From NCBI RefSeq assembly GCF_006345805.1, contig NC_043007.1, positions 62,310,001 through 62,374,000 on the forward strand: a stretch of 64,000 bases of DNA. Reading direction: 5' to 3'. Each line of letters opens with the position of its first letter. Position 1 is the first letter of the stretch. A program made the position numbers and the translations under genes. Shown here one piece after another: positions 25,708-38,138 of this stretch. The notes beneath the pieces were generated by a model. That model was not told the DNA's origin. It was given only the letters and a program-made list of their open reading frames with translations, and ran no database searches. Source of the stretch: Octopus sinensis (Eukaryota).

Positions 25708-28019
25708 ATCATTGTTTAACGTCCGTTTTCCATGCTAGTGTGGGTTGGACAATTCAACTGGCATCTGGGAAGCCAGGAGGCTGCATCAGGCTTCAGTCTG
25801 ATCTGGCAGTGTTTCTACAGCTGCATGCCCTTCCTAATGCCAACCACTCTGTGAGTGTAGTGGATAGTTTTTACGTGCCACCAGCACAGGGGCCAGAAGA
25901 GGCTGGAAATGGCCATGATCAGATAGTTCTTTTTACGTGCCACCGGCATGGAAGCAGCGCTGTCATTGGTCATGTTCGGATGGTGCTTTTTATGTGCCAC
26001 CAGCACAATTTCCATTTGATTTTCATTTTGATGTTGATGTACTTGACTCAATAAGTCTCTTCAAGCACAGCAGTTCGCCGTACCATCCAAGGAACTTTCG
26101 AATGGTGAAACTGCTGTAGGATATAGCTGTGAACTCACTTTATTTGCTGGGTCTTCACAGTCACAGCATATCTCCAGAGGTCGTGGCCTTTTATCATTGC
26201 TTTTGTGAGGCCCAACATTCGAAGGTCATGCTTGACCACCTCATCCCATGTCTTCCTGGGTCTACCTCTACCCTTGATTCCTTCAACTGTTTGGTAGTGG
26301 CACTTCTTCACACATCTCTCCTCATCCATCCGTAGTATATGACCATACCAGTGCAAACGTCTCTCTTGCACACCACATCTGATGCGTCTTATGTCCAACA
26401 TTTCTCTCAGGGCGCTTAGACTCTGTTGTGTGTGCACACTGACATTACATATCCAGTGGATCATGCTATCTTCATTTCTTTCAAGCCTACACATGTCCTC
26501 TGCAGTCAAGGCCCATGTTTCACTGCTGTGAAGCATGGCAGTTCGCACACATGCATCATACGATCTACCTTTCACTCTGAGCGAGAGGCCCTTTGTCACC
26601 AGCAGGGGTAGAAGCTTTCTAAACTTTGCCCAGGCTATTCTTATTCTAGTGGTAACACTCTCTGAGCATCCACTCCCACTACTAACTTGGTCACCTAGGT
26701 AGCGGAAGCTATCAATTACTTCTAGCTTCTCCCCCTGGTGTGTGATCGAATCTGTTTTCTGAGCATCTGTGGTGTCTATTGCCCCTGTGCATCTGCTGCG
26801 CACAAAAGCTATCTTCCTGGTTAATCTTCCTTTGATGTTGCTGCACCTCTTATGTGTCCATAGCTTACACTGGGTACATCTTATGGAGTTTCTACCTACA
26901 CCTTTTCTACAGATTGAGCAGGGCCACCTACCTGAGGGTGTGTGTGATGCGCTCACCTTCCTACTTACTAGAACTTTGGTCTTTGCTACATTGACTTTGC
27001 ACCTCAAATCAGATTTCTGTATGGTGTTAGGTTGAGTGAAAGAAAACAATATTATTAAAATGGTATTTTAAAATTCCTAATTATACCTTTTTTTCCACAA
27101 GGGGGTGCTGAAAAGTTCCTGGTTTTAAGAGTATTGTGAAAGGCCTGGTTGAAGGCCTAACCTTTCAAGTTCCTTTACAAATAAACTGAAGGACTACTGC
27201 AATAAGAGTGTGAATCTAAGAAGGGAATACGTTAAATAAAATCATAATTAACTGATCTTCCTATATTTTCTTTTACTCAAAGCCAAGAACTTTTCAGCAC
27301 CCCCTCATATATTATGAAAACATGACTAATGTAATTATTCAACATTTACTTCATTTTCTTTTTTTTTTTTAATAAAGATATCATCAAAAGATTCCTTATG
27401 ATGCCCCAGTCATTGAACTTAAAGCCACTTATGGTCTTGTTACTCCTGAGGAATTTCAGCCTATCCCTGTGAACCCTATTTGGACTCCTGCTGTCTACCA
27501 GAAGTTTGTTGTACCAGACACAGGTGTACTTGAAAATAAAAAGGTAAAACACACCACAATATATCTGTCTGTCTATATATCTGTCTATCTATTTATAAAT
27601 AGATAGACAGATACATCTATCTATCTATTTATCTAATTTATCTATCTGTCTACACCATCTATTTGTCTAGCTATCCATCCATCTATCCTCATCATTTAAT
27701 GTTAATTTTCCATGCTGGCATGGTTTGAACTGGTGAACAGGAACCAGCAGCCCATAGGATGGTGTCCAGCTCCAATTCTGCTTTGGCATGGTTTCATGGA
27801 TGGATACTCATCCTAATGCCAACTTTACAGTGTGTACTGGATGCTTTTTATGTGGCACAAGTGAAGTTATCAAGTAACTCGCAAGTCAAGACCCACCCCA
27901 CTCAACTGAATGGGTGCATAGTATTGAGAGAGGTGAAAGTATATGTAGAGAGAGGAATAGATGTCTTGTGAGCTGAATACACTAACCACTAAGCTACACT
28001 TAGATATAATGCTTGATAA

Positions 28020-28052
<33 letters not shown>

Positions 28053-28457
28053 TCTAGCTTTGTGATCATTTGCAGCGTGGAAGGTGTTTATAAGCCATTT
28101 AAGAAACACACAAAAACCGTTAGATTCACTTCAACATTTAAATTTAATTTGCTAAAATATTTTTGTCACTTTGAGACTGTGACCTGTTCACTGACAAAAT
28201 TCCATGCTGCATCATTGTTTTTTTTAATATTTACATATTATTATAGATGCAGGCATGACTCTCTTTGCATGTTTGTGTGTGTCTCTGTGTGTGATTTTAT
28301 CTGTCTTTACATCCTAAGCTCAAATTCCTCCTTTTGATAAAAGAATTACCAACTGAACACTAGGCCTTGTACCTATAAAGGAAAGGATTATTATTATCAT
28401 TATTTGTTATTCATAAAAGATATCATTGTTAAAAAGAATAAAAGATATTATTATTAT

Positions 28458-28490
<33 letters not shown>

Positions 28491-29536
28491 GCAGCAGCAA
28501 GCTGGCAGAATCGTTAGCACACCTAGTGAAATGCTTAGTGGTATTTCGTCTGTCTTTATGTTCTGATTTCAAGTCCTGCTGAGGTCGACTTTGCCTTTCA
28601 TCCTCTCTGGGTTAATAAAATAAGTACCAGTTGAGTACTGGGGTCGATGTAATCGACTATTCCCCAAATTTCAGGATTTCTAGCAGTATTTCACCTGTTG
28701 CTATGTTCTGAGTTCAAATTCCACCAAGGGCGACTTTGCTTTTCATCCTTTTGGGGTCAATAAATTAAGTACCACTGTAACACTGGGGTTGATGTAATCA
28801 ACTTGTCCCCTTCCCCAAAATTGTTGAGCTTGTGGCAAAATTTGAAACCATTATTATTATTATTATTATTTTTATAATTTTTTTTTTTTAGTGTCAAACT
28901 GGCAAAATTGTTAGTACAGGCAAAATGCTTAGTTGCATTTCAGTCATCTGAGTTCAGATTCCACTGAGATAGTTTGAGGTTGATAAAATAAGTACCAGTT
29001 AAATACAGGGGTTGATATAATCGACTATCCCCCTCCCCAAAAATTGGTGTGTTTGTACCAAAACTTGAAATCATTTAAGGTGGCAAGCTGGCAGAATAAT
29101 TAGTGGCATTTCATCCATCTTTATGTTCCAAGTTCAAATTCCCCTGATATCAACTTTATCTTTCATCCTTTCAGGGTTAATAAAATAAGTACCAGTTGCT
29201 GGCCTTGTGTCATTTTTGTTTTCTTTTTGTGCGTGTGTGTTAGATATAAATTTCTGGAAAAACATTTTGAAATATCTTTTAGATATATTATTTTTTAAAG
29301 TTCTTTTTTTTATATCAGTATGCCATAATTTCTCTTCATTTTTATATATTAATTACCTTGATATGAAATAGGTTTCCAGTCCAGTTTCTTGCTGACTGAG
29401 GTCACTAAAGTCATGTATTCTTTGTTTATTTCAGCAAGAAGCTACGAAACAAGAAGAACTCCCAAAAGTACAAGAGAAAGAATATCCAATGTCTGACAAG
29501 AATGCGAAAAATGAAACCGGCTGTCTAATATCATAA
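6780..29536 (+). CDS. BROX: BRO1 domain-containing protein BROX, ten coding exons, 5'-incomplete
   Basis: Exons 6780-6980, 9888-9983, 11374-11446, 12456-12558, 14559-14648, 16647-16732, 23152-23233, 25370-25520, 27378-27543, 29435-29536. All introns are GT-AG with matching phases; total 1150 nt. The product matches recalled BROX motifs ([66 protein letters not shown]) and ends in CaaX. Confidence 0.95.
7227..8283 (-). mobile_element. Internally deleted piggyBac (PGBD4-like) transposon
   Basis: TTAA at 7223-7226 and 8284-8287; CCCTTTC...GAAAGGG termini; subterminal direct repeat gggcggtttggt at 8228-8239 and 8262-8273; transposase N-terminus inside. Confidence 0.85.
7618..8014 (-). pseudogene. 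piggyBac transposase N-terminal remnant
   Basis: [22 protein letters not shown]..., a frameshift at an A11 run (7916-7926), then an acidic tract and GPSH...[23 protein letters not shown], the start of the piggyBac DDE family domain; truncated afterwards. Confidence 0.8.
9450..9752 (-). mobile_element. RTE LINE 3' UTR/tail copy
   Basis: atcattgtttagcgtccgctttccatgctggcatgggttggacg..., the same sequence that ends the RTE ORF copy at 25707. Other copies near 11070-11225, 27690, 45010, 53995 and 57360. Confidence 0.7.
9888..9983 (+). CDS. BROX: BROX coding exon
   Basis: ttttcag|A; [31 protein letters not shown]; AA|gtaagt. Confidence 0.93.
10690..11065. repeat. Minisatellite, about 26-bp unit, about 14 copies
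   Basis: Unit gcactgatgctggtgccacgtaaaaa (starts at 10704, 10730...), degenerate, running into an RTE 3' tail. Confidence 0.85.
11374..11446 (+). CDS. BROX: BROX coding exon
   Basis: ctgcag|T; [24 protein letters not shown]|gtaagt. Confidence 0.94.
12114..12320. mobile_element. About 205-bp mariner-derived MITE nested in a SINE
   Basis: TIRs gagggagtgctgaaaagttcctgactt / aagtcaggaacttttcagcatgccct; contains a GEYV-type transposase C-terminal remnant; splits the SINE motif agaa-taagtacc. Other copies at 27097-27307 and (partial) 10190-10302. Confidence 0.75.
12456..12558 (+). CDS. BROX: BROX coding exon
   Basis: ttcttcaaag|; [35 protein letters not shown]|gtaac. Confidence 0.92.
12760..12890. 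repeat. (TA)n microsatellite
   Basis: Long imperfect TA run preceded by a TG run. Confidence 0.95.
12891..13759 (+). mobile_element. Mariner derivative made of two inverted 5' ends
   Basis: TA+tgaggtctgatcagtaagtatcc at left and gatacttattgatcagacc at right; transposase remnant [26 protein letters not shown]...[17 protein letters not shown]; the right arm reads [14 protein letters not shown] on the minus strand. Confidence 0.85.
14335..14379 (+). ncRNA. Degenerate type I hammerhead ribozyme-like motif
   Basis: CTGAAGA-tTGCaatgGCAt-GAA-ACtcatGT-C in the correct order; stem I and the first stem II pair are mismatched. Confidence 0.35.
14559..14648 (+). CDS. BROX: BROX coding exon
   Basis: ttacag|TG; [30 protein letters not shown]|gtatgt. 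Confidence 0.94.
15050..15790 (+). mobile_element. Cluster of SINE family B copies (ggcggtgagctggcagaatcgttagc...aaataagtaccag)
   Basis: Three to four partial or complete copies. Similar clusters at 28497-29200, 31740-32135 and 35370-35960; minus-strand copies near 5240, 16300, 22720, 37210, 38600, 51690 and 63690. Confidence 0.7.
16647..16732 (+). CDS. BROX: BROX coding exon
   Basis: tttcag|AT; [28 protein letters not shown]|gtaagt. Confidence 0.94.
18480..18981. mobile_element. MITE with about 145-bp terminal inverted repeats
   Basis: 18480-18623 is the approximate reverse complement of 18834-18981 (aaatgcgagcac.../...gcatgctcgcattt; gtataggacaagctatt/aatagcttgtcctatac); TA-rich flanks. 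Confidence 0.8.
19910..19952 (-). ncRNA. Minimal type I hammerhead ribozyme, U3-A8 variant
   Basis: UCCACA-UUGAGAA-GGGG caauca CCCC-GAA-ACUAGU-C/-UGUGGA: 6-bp stem I, 4-bp stem II, palindromic stem III and GUC triplet. Confidence 0.75.
20152..20194 (+). ncRNA. Mutated copy of the same hammerhead
   Basis: UCUACA-UUAAGAA-AGGG caauca CUCC-GAAACUAGUC-UGUGGU; G5A plus stem I and stem II changes. Confidence 0.6.
20834..21717 (-). mobile_element. Internally deleted mariner element
   Basis: About 28-bp TIRs (tgaggtctgtctgaaaagtaactggact / agtcctgttacttttcaaacaaacctcg); TA at 20832-20833 and 21718-21719; minus strand has [17 protein letters not shown] and PYSxDLxPHDF remnants. Confidence 0.85.
23152..23233 (+). 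CDS. BROX: BROX coding exon
   Basis: catag|; [28 protein letters not shown]|gtaagt. Confidence 0.94.
23320..23622 (-). mobile_element. Mariner internal fragment, near-copy of 21140-21350, with partial tandem repeat
   Basis: Same gccaggaactg...ggagtcatct block, including the same deletion junction; its first ~80 bp recur at about 23545-23622. Confidence 0.75.
25370..25520 (+). CDS. BROX: BROX coding exon
   Basis: ttaag|AT; [51 protein letters not shown]|gtgagt. Confidence 0.92.
25707..27005 (-). mobile_element. 5'-truncated RTE LINE with 3' UTR and tail
   Basis: ORF 26135-27049: [10 protein letters not shown]...[28 protein letters not shown]...FRYLGD...[12 protein letters not shown]...GRGRPRKTW, followed by the abundant tail sequence. 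Confidence 0.9.
27378..27543 (+). CDS. BROX: BROX coding exon
   Basis: poly-T aataaag|A; [55 protein letters not shown]|gtaaaa. Confidence 0.92.
29435..29536 (+). CDS. BROX: BROX last coding exon with CaaX box
   Basis: tttcag|[36 protein letters not shown] at 29534-29536. Confidence 0.93.
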   Translation, partial: QEATKQEELPKVQEKEYPMSDKNAKNETGCLIS

Positions 29537-29732
29537 TATATGTCTTTTGTCAAAATTTTTGTTTGTTTTTTTTCTCTACTTCCATATATGCTAATATGCA
29601 CCTCTCTCTCTTTCTATCTGACTCCCTCCATAATAATGCTTAAGCTTTTAGTTCTGAGGCCCCAATCTCTTCATACTCACATTCACAGCATTTTCATAAA
29701 AATGTTTTGCAAGCAATTTTTCCCAAGCATGG

Positions 29733-29774
<42 letters not shown>

Positions 29775-31290
29775 GGCTAGAAAAAAAACTTGGAGTTTTC
29801 TGGACTGTAAAGTGATCTTTTGTACTTTTATTTACATAGTATTTCATTTGGTATGTTCTACAAATGCAGTCGGGTATACCATGTTTCTCCTTTTATCTTA
29901 TTCCCTCTCTCTCTCTCTCCCAGATACAGGCACAAATACTCATTCATATGCATGCACTCACGCCTACTTACATTTATACATATATAAATGAGAGAGAGAG
30001 AGAGAGGCCAATCACTGATAAAACTTTGAAGTCACTGTCAATGAAATTACACACACAAGCAAACATGCAAAAGAGAAAACTGCTAGAATGGCACTGTGAT
30101 ATGTATAAATGATGACATTGATTTTTATCTGGTTTTCAATGTTGGATGAAATAGAGTAATCTTAGTGAAGAAACCTGCAGAAGAAAAAGAATGTGAGAAG
30201 TGCAGGTTGTTGGATCTTACAAAGGAGACAGTAAGGTACTTAAGTATTTAGCAAGGGTCAAGACACAGATGTGGATCTGACCCGCTAACCCATATCAGTA
30301 TCGAAAAGTAACTGTAAAATGAAAATGATGGTAATGATCATATACACACCCACACACACACACATGAGGGTACCTGGCCCAGTGGTTAGGGTGTTGCACT
30401 CACGATCTAGCAATTGTGATTTCAATCTCTGGACTGGTTGGTATGCTGTGTTCTTGAGTAAAACACTTCATTTTGTACTGCTCTGTGATCACTGCAACAC
30501 CTGACTTATGGTACACAGTACATCTATTCGGACAGTGTTGATTTGATGAAGAGACTGAACTAATGTGCAGCATGAACATTTGATCACTATAAACAAATCA
30601 TTTGTGCAGGTTGTTTGGTAAGAGCTGAACGCTCATATGTCATCTTCGACAGGAGAGTCCATCATACACACACACATCCCAGTTTTTAATTTAGGTACAT
30701 TATATTGGTGCATGCTTTAAAAGGCAACTATAAAGATGGCAAGAGGAAAGATATCCAGTCATCAAGTACTGAAACTTATAGAAAAGTGGACATAGCAACA
30801 ATAATTACACATACAGAGAGAGAGAGAGATTCATAGAGACAGAAGCAAAAGAGAGTGAGTGTGTGTATGTATGTGTATGTACACACACACAAACATGGCA
30901 AGCTTTTTTCAGTTTCCATCTAACAAATTCACTCACAAAGCATTGGTCAGTTCAAGGCTGTAGTAGAAGACGCTAACCCAAAGTACCACACAGTATAACT
31001 GAATCTGAAACCATGTGATTGGGAGGCAAACTCCTTAACCACATGGCCACACCTTGTACAATGTTAGTATTGTATATAGTTAAATATCAAATAAGACAAA
31101 ATTCTGGAAATTCGAAAAATTAAGTCTCACTGAAATATTGAACTTTAGAATATAATCAGATACAATTAAACTATAAGGTTTATTATCTGGAAAATATATA
31201 CAAACTTTAGTAGAAACTCAAACTTTTCACATAAATAATGTGTATGTATGTGTAACAAGACGTCTGTATTAAGTTGGATATAAAGATTAC

Positions 31291-31341
<51 letters not shown>

Positions 31342-33313
31342 TATCATCATTTAACATCCACTTTACCATTCATGGGTCAGATGGAATTTGTTGAAGTTGA
31401 TTTTCTGTGGTTGGATGCCCTTTCTGTCACTTGCCCTCACCTGTTTCCAAGTGAGTTAATATTTCCCCATGGCCAGCCTTTTTTTCATGGAAGACTGGAA
31501 ATGAATAATATTACTTCTATGACAGTGATGCTCATTTACGACTATTACATGATGTTAAGACAATACACACACATACACAATGGACTTCTGCCAGTTTCTG
31601 TCTATCAAACCCACTCACAAGCCTTTGAACTCTTGCCCAAGGTGCTATAGAATGGAATTGAGCTGAAGAGCACATGGCTGGGAAGCAAGCTTAACCACAC
31701 AGCCATACATGTGCCTATATGTATGTATGTGTATTATTATTATTGAGTTCAAATTCTGCCAAGGTCAACTTTGCCTTTCATCCTTTTGGGGGTCGGTAAA
31801 TAAGTACCAGTTGAACACTGGGTCAATGTAATCAACTTACCCCCTCTTTGAACTTGTTGGCCTTGTGCCAAAATTTGAAATCATCATTATTTTTATTATT
31901 ATTATTAAGGCAGTGAGCTGGCAGAATCATTAGCACACTGGGCAAAATGCTTAGTGGCATTTTGTCCATCTTTACGTTCTGAGTTCAAATTCCACTGAGG
32001 TTGACTTTACCTTTCATCCTTTCAGGATTGATGAAATAAGTACCAGTTATGTACTGAGGTTGCTATAATCAACTTGCCCCCTCCCCCAAAATTTCAAGTT
32101 TTGTGCCTAAAGTAGAAAGGATTATTATTATTATGAGGGTGGTGGATTGATACATTAGACAAAATGCTTAGCAGTTTTCCTTCCAGCTCTTTACATTCAA
32201 GGTTCACAGTTGACTGTTGAGCTTTATAACCCATAGTATCTTCTCTTTTTCATTTTCTAAGACCTTTTCCACTTTGTGTCCATGCCATCTTTGTTGTCAT
32301 TGTTGTTAGAAGAGCACAATATGTAATAAAAAAAAAACACATTGACTTTGTATATTGAATAATATTTCAACAGTACATTTGTCTTCATCTGTTTCGAAAT
32401 AAGACAAGAATAATGAAAGATTAAAAATTCAGTAGGACTTTCAAAAAAAAAAAAAAAAAACGATCAAGTTTCACTTGGTTGTAATTGTTTAGAACAAGAA
32501 TAAGAATTTCTGTAAAGTCAATAAGTATGTTTTTGTAATATATTGTACTCTTCTAGTTGTGTATTTACCTTTGCAAAAAGTTGATTAATTATTATTATTA
32601 ATGTTATTAAAATTGTAAGTTTTAAAGGCTATGCAAAAAAGCTCCTTGTGTAAGCGAATTGCAGATATGCCATGGCTTGGGACATCCTCATTGTAGTTGC
32701 TTGTCTTTGTTTTGATTCCATGTCTAAAGAAGTTAATGCAACAGTGCATAATATTGAATGCTTTCAAAGTTTTTGAATTATTATTATGTTTAAATTTTAA
32801 TTATGTCACTAATTTGCCACAGTTTTCATTATCTTTTTGTTGTTGTTATATCATTATTGAAGATGATGAGCTGGCAGAATTGTTAGCACACCAGACAAAA
32901 TGCTTAACAATATTTTGTCCATCTTCACGTTCTGAGTTCAAATTCTGTTATGGTCAACTTTGCCTTTCATTCTTTTGGGGGTCGATAAATTAAGTACCAG
33001 TTTAGTACTGGGGTCGATGAATTTGACTTAACCCCTTGCTGAATTGCTGGCCTTTTGCCAAAATTTGAAATTATTTTTATTTCATTATTATTTTTGTTGT
33101 TATATATATGCTTACACACCCATATATGTGTGTATATGTACACACACAAACACACACACACACATATATATATACATGTTTATATACATGTGTGTGTCTG
33201 TGTTTGTCACAATCTTGCAGTTTAACTCAGATCAATAAAATAATATCTGACTGAAATAAGCACTGGGATTGATATACCTGTATCTTAAAGGCAATACCCA
33301 CTCATATGTGCAT

Positions 33314-33370
<57 letters not shown>

Positions 33371-35953
33371 CGTGCTTTTGCAAATCTATTGATTTATCAT
33401 TTTCACATTAAAAATGATTGTTGTTCTGCATACTTAACCTATGTTCCCTCCAACATTCCCTTGTGAATAAAGTTGTTTTTACATACATATTTATATATAT
33501 AATAAATGAATGACAAAAGAACAGGAGTTATATAATCATCTGCATTAGCTTATAGCTTTGTCTTTTAGGGGTGGGGGCTATAAGGAACTATACACCCAGA
33601 GTTTGATGCTAGTGTACTGATGCGCTGACTTCCTAGTTCATGTAAGAGTCTGGAGCAGAGGACATCAAAGAATTCACAGCTTACTAATATTGTAAAATAT
33701 AAGTACAGTATATTGAGATTGAGTTCTAATAACTAATTATTGGTACTGTGTCCCTCATTTGAGGGGTCTTGCCTTGCAAGTTACTTGGTGACCTCACTGG
33801 TGCCAGTGGCATGTAAAATGCACTTAGTGCACTTCGTAAAGTTGTTGGTATTAGCAAGGGTCTCAGCCATAAAACTACGCCAGAGTGATTGGAGTTTGGT
33901 GCAGTCCCTTGGGTTGCCAGCTCCCGTTGAACCATCCAACTCATGTCAGCAAGAAAAAAAAACTCATTAAATGATGATGATGATTTATATTTATGCATAT
34001 ATTGTATGCGTATGTGTGTGTAGATATAGATATGTGTGTATGCATTTGTATATATATGTGTATATGTATATATGGATGCATAGATGTATGTATATATTGT
34101 GTGTATGTATATATTATAAATGCATGGATGCAAATATATATAATTTGAGTTAGTATGTAAAGTATGTGTATATAATATGTATATATAGTACTCTTGTTAA
34201 AATATTTAGTATTACAAAGTACTAAGAACAGTGGTTATTTTTTCCCCATTGATCATGTTAAATCTATATTTTGGTTAACTTATATCGCTTTTTTTATGCT
34301 TTGGGTGTTTAGCCTAAGAGAAAAATATTGCCTTCTTTATCACTATTGTTTTCTTTAAATATGCTTTTCTGTTCTTGATATGCTCAGCAGCTTGTTGCAT
34401 ATTACTCCTGTATCTATTGTGTTGTTATACATGAGAGCTGAAGAATATAAATTGCTATAAAGTTAGAGGTAAGATGCTAGTAAAAGTGGCAACTCACCTT
34501 TAAATTTATGGTGCCTTTGTGTCCAAGTTTTTGCTGTTTCACTTGATTTATACTGCAAATTCTGTTGAGAAAAGAACAAACATCACACATTCTAATTTTC
34601 TCATGTATAAAAATTTATTGAATTCATGCTTATGTAAGAAATCAATGGTTTAGTCAAATGGTGAATACTGAAGGGTAAATTTAATTACCTTGTACTATAT
34701 ATCTGGGACTAAAAGAAAAATAATTTAAAGTTATTTAATGTAATAAAATAATAATGAACTTATTGTATATAGTGCTCAGGTGCACTACAAGTGCTGGATT
34801 TTATTTATTAACTTTTTTCTTTGTGGTCTCTGGAATAACTTATTTTAGGATTTTAAACAAATGAAAGAGTTCTGTCTTCTTCTATGGACTACCACTCTAC
34901 TGCAAATAATTAATCCCACAACATGAACTGAATTCATAAGATTATTTTTTTTATGCTATTAACCATTACTTCTTATGTTTCCAAGCCAGCAAAGGAGCTT
35001 TATTTGACTTGTTACATTAAAAAAAAAAACAACTGTCTCCTGAATATCTGGTTCACACTACTGTTTTTAAAAAATGGATGAATGAATATGATCTGGAACA
35101 TAATATGCCAGAAAAGGTGAGGTTATCTCAACATGAATGCTGGCTAGATGTTGAAAATTCAGCATCACTTTTTAGTATCGATGTAGCTTTACTTTGACTG
35201 GGCTATTGAGCATTGTCTTAGCCATAGACATACTGAGCACTTGTTTTATTTGCTAATACCCTAATGACTCAATGACTGTGCTCACATTTATAAACCTATA
35301 TTAAACATTTACTTAGTATCGCTGTACCATAATTTTCTTATTGGTTTCTTGCAAAATATTATTATTATTTGCTGATGTCAACTTTGCTTTCTATCCCTCC
35401 TGAGTCTTATAAAATAGAGTTCAACCAAATACTGGGGTCAACAGTTGCAACTAATCACCTCCCATCAAAATTGTGGACCTTGTGCCTAAGTACAACACTA
35501 TTATTATTATTTGGGCAGTGAGTAAAGGGGTGAGCTGGCAAAATCGTTAGTATGCTGAGCAGAAAGCTCAGTGGCATTTCATCTGTCTTAATGTTATAAG
35601 TTCAAATTCCACCAAGGTCAACTTTGCCTTTCATCCCCTTTTGGGGTTGATAAAATAAGTACCAATTGAGCACTGGGTTCAGTGTAATTGACTTACTCCC
35701 TCTCTGAAATAACTGCCCTTGTGCCAAAATTTGAAATCATTATTAAGGCAGTTAGCAGATAGAATCACTAGTGCATTGAACAAATGCTTAGTAACATTTG
35801 TTCTGGCATTTTATGTTCCAAGTTCAAAGACCACTGATGTCAACTTTGCCATTCACTCCTTTGGGGGTCATTAAAATAAAGTACCAATCTAGTACTCAAA
35901 TTGAAGGCATTGACTAACACTACTTGTGGCCTTGTACCAAAATTTGAAACAAC

Positions 35954-35988
<35 letters not shown>

Positions 35989-37689
35989 TTTGGAATGGCT
36001 GAAATCAGCTATTGTTTTCGTTTTGACAAATTACTATATGACATGAACAGGGTGTCTTTTGAGTTATATTTATTTCATCCCTATTACAAAATTTGGAAAT
36101 ATAAATAATGGGTCAAGATATTAATACTCAATAAATCAATGTTTGAGATCCCACCTTTCTCTTTTGTCATCTACTTTAACATTATCCCCAAAATAAGCAA
36201 AACAAAGAAGTCAGAAAACTTTATAAACACCTACATTATGACAGTTTCAACTTATTGAAATTATGAAAGTACTTTCTCTTTTATTCTATTCATTTTTTTT
36301 CTTCCATGCTAGCATTGATAGGATGTGATTTTGTTTTATTTTTGAAATTTGAATATATTTACATAATGTATGCAATTTCTTATGTAGGATTTCTGTTATT
36401 TTAACACTTTTATGAAAATCTCACAACAACAGTCACTTATGATGAATCATTGATCTGACATAAATGTTTTCTTTAACCTGTTAACAAAATTGGATGTGTA
36501 ACTATAAAGACCCCAACCCCCCACCTCTTCTTGGTGTAACATATCTGTATATTTCAGTATCCTAAGACTATATATCCAGTGATCCAATATTGAAGCAGAC
36601 ATCTTGATAAAAAAACAAACAAAAAAAACGATGCTATATCCTTGCATGGCACCTGCTTTGCAAAGAATTTTTATAAATAAATATATACTTACAGCTTATT
36701 TTGGACTTCTTGTCAATTTACTGGTTACGTTTGTGTGTGTGTGTGTATATCTGAAATGCTTGCATTATTCATTATTTAAGTTTGTTGCTGTTTGACAAGG
36801 TTACATACAAGTTGGATAAAAAAAGGAAAATTAAGTGTTTTGATGGTCTCCAAAGCATTCACAGAATGAATGAATTGAAATGAAAAACTTTCTGCCAGGG
36901 ATCAAAGCTGAACTATAGATTTGTTCTGTAGCTCAAAACTGAGCCATAGATTTATTCTATGCAATTTGCTCACATTCATTGTCTAATTGTGGAAATTGAG
37001 ATTTATAAAGTAAAAGAACTAGGAATTTGTCATATTCACCCTATAGTCAGTTTGATTTCAGTTTCCAAGTATTTGCTGCTTGACTAAATATATTCTGCTT
37101 GGACATAGATGCAACTCAAATTCTATATATTAAAAGTGTAAGGCCCTGTGCCTGTCAGTCATTTAGTTACGTGGTGAGAGCGGATTTATTTGAGGTCATA
37201 ATAATGGTTTCAGATTTTGGCACAGGGCCAGCAATTTCATGGCAGTAGGTGGAGCTAGTTGATTACATCAATTCTAGCGCTCAAGTGGTACTTATTTTAT
37301 TGACCCCGAAAAAGATGAAAGGCAAAATTGACTTTGGTGGAGTTTGAACTCAGAATGTAAAGTCTCAAGACATAAAACAATTCTACCAGCTCACCACTTT
37401 ATTTAAGGTTATAATAATAATCCTTTCTACTATAGGATTCTACAATGATAAAACACAAGACAGAAAAGTGAACAATAAAAGAGCCATAAAGAGGAAATGG
37501 TGCATAGACATATGCATTTCATTTCTGTTTGTCCTTCCACAAACATAATTCTTGTATTACATGTCAATAATATCTGATATGTGTTTGTTCTCAAATATTT
37601 GTATTGGGACATTAGTATCTAAGGGGGATAATTCTTTTCCATGACTTGAATATTTTCATATAGTTAACAAAAGAAGGCACAGATTCGAC

Positions 37690-38138
37690 CAGTGGTTCCC
37701 AACCTGTGGTCCGCAGACCCCTAGTGGTCTGTAAAGGTAGTATAGGGCGTCTGTGAACTAAATTCAAAATTTCATATATGTATGTGTATGTATATATATA
37801 TATATATATATATATAAATCCTTAAATCCTTAAAAATGTTTTAGCATTACTATACATAAATACCACATGCTTGGAGGGACTCTTAAAGTCAAAACTACCA
37901 AAATAAATAAACACATAGTTCCAGTTAACCATTTCCCATTTAAACCAGCCATATCTGGCCCAAATTGATGGATTTTTTCTTTTATGAGGTTTTTCACGCT
38001 AACTACTTGATAAATTCTTATAAAGATTTTATCCTATTTTTAAATTGTAAATATATATATACATAAGGATAATGGGACTGTAGGAAAACCCATCTAAATA
38101 AAAGGGGTCCTTGGTTGTGAAAAAGTTGAGAACCACTG
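37690..38138. mobile_element. hAT (Charlie-like) MITE
   Basis: TIRs cagtggttcccaac / gttgagaaccactg; degenerate 8-bp TSD gattcgac/gattaaac. Confidence 0.7.

Noticed and set aside
35030-35170. Exon-like stretch (SPEYLVHTTVFKKWMNEYDLEHNMPEK, then gtgagg)
   Set aside because: No convincing acceptor, an upstream in-frame stop, and no recognisable homology.
36440-36720. Possible minus-strand exons with a GTAAGT donor
   Set aside because: The implied intron is only about 40 nt and the peptide is unrecognisable.
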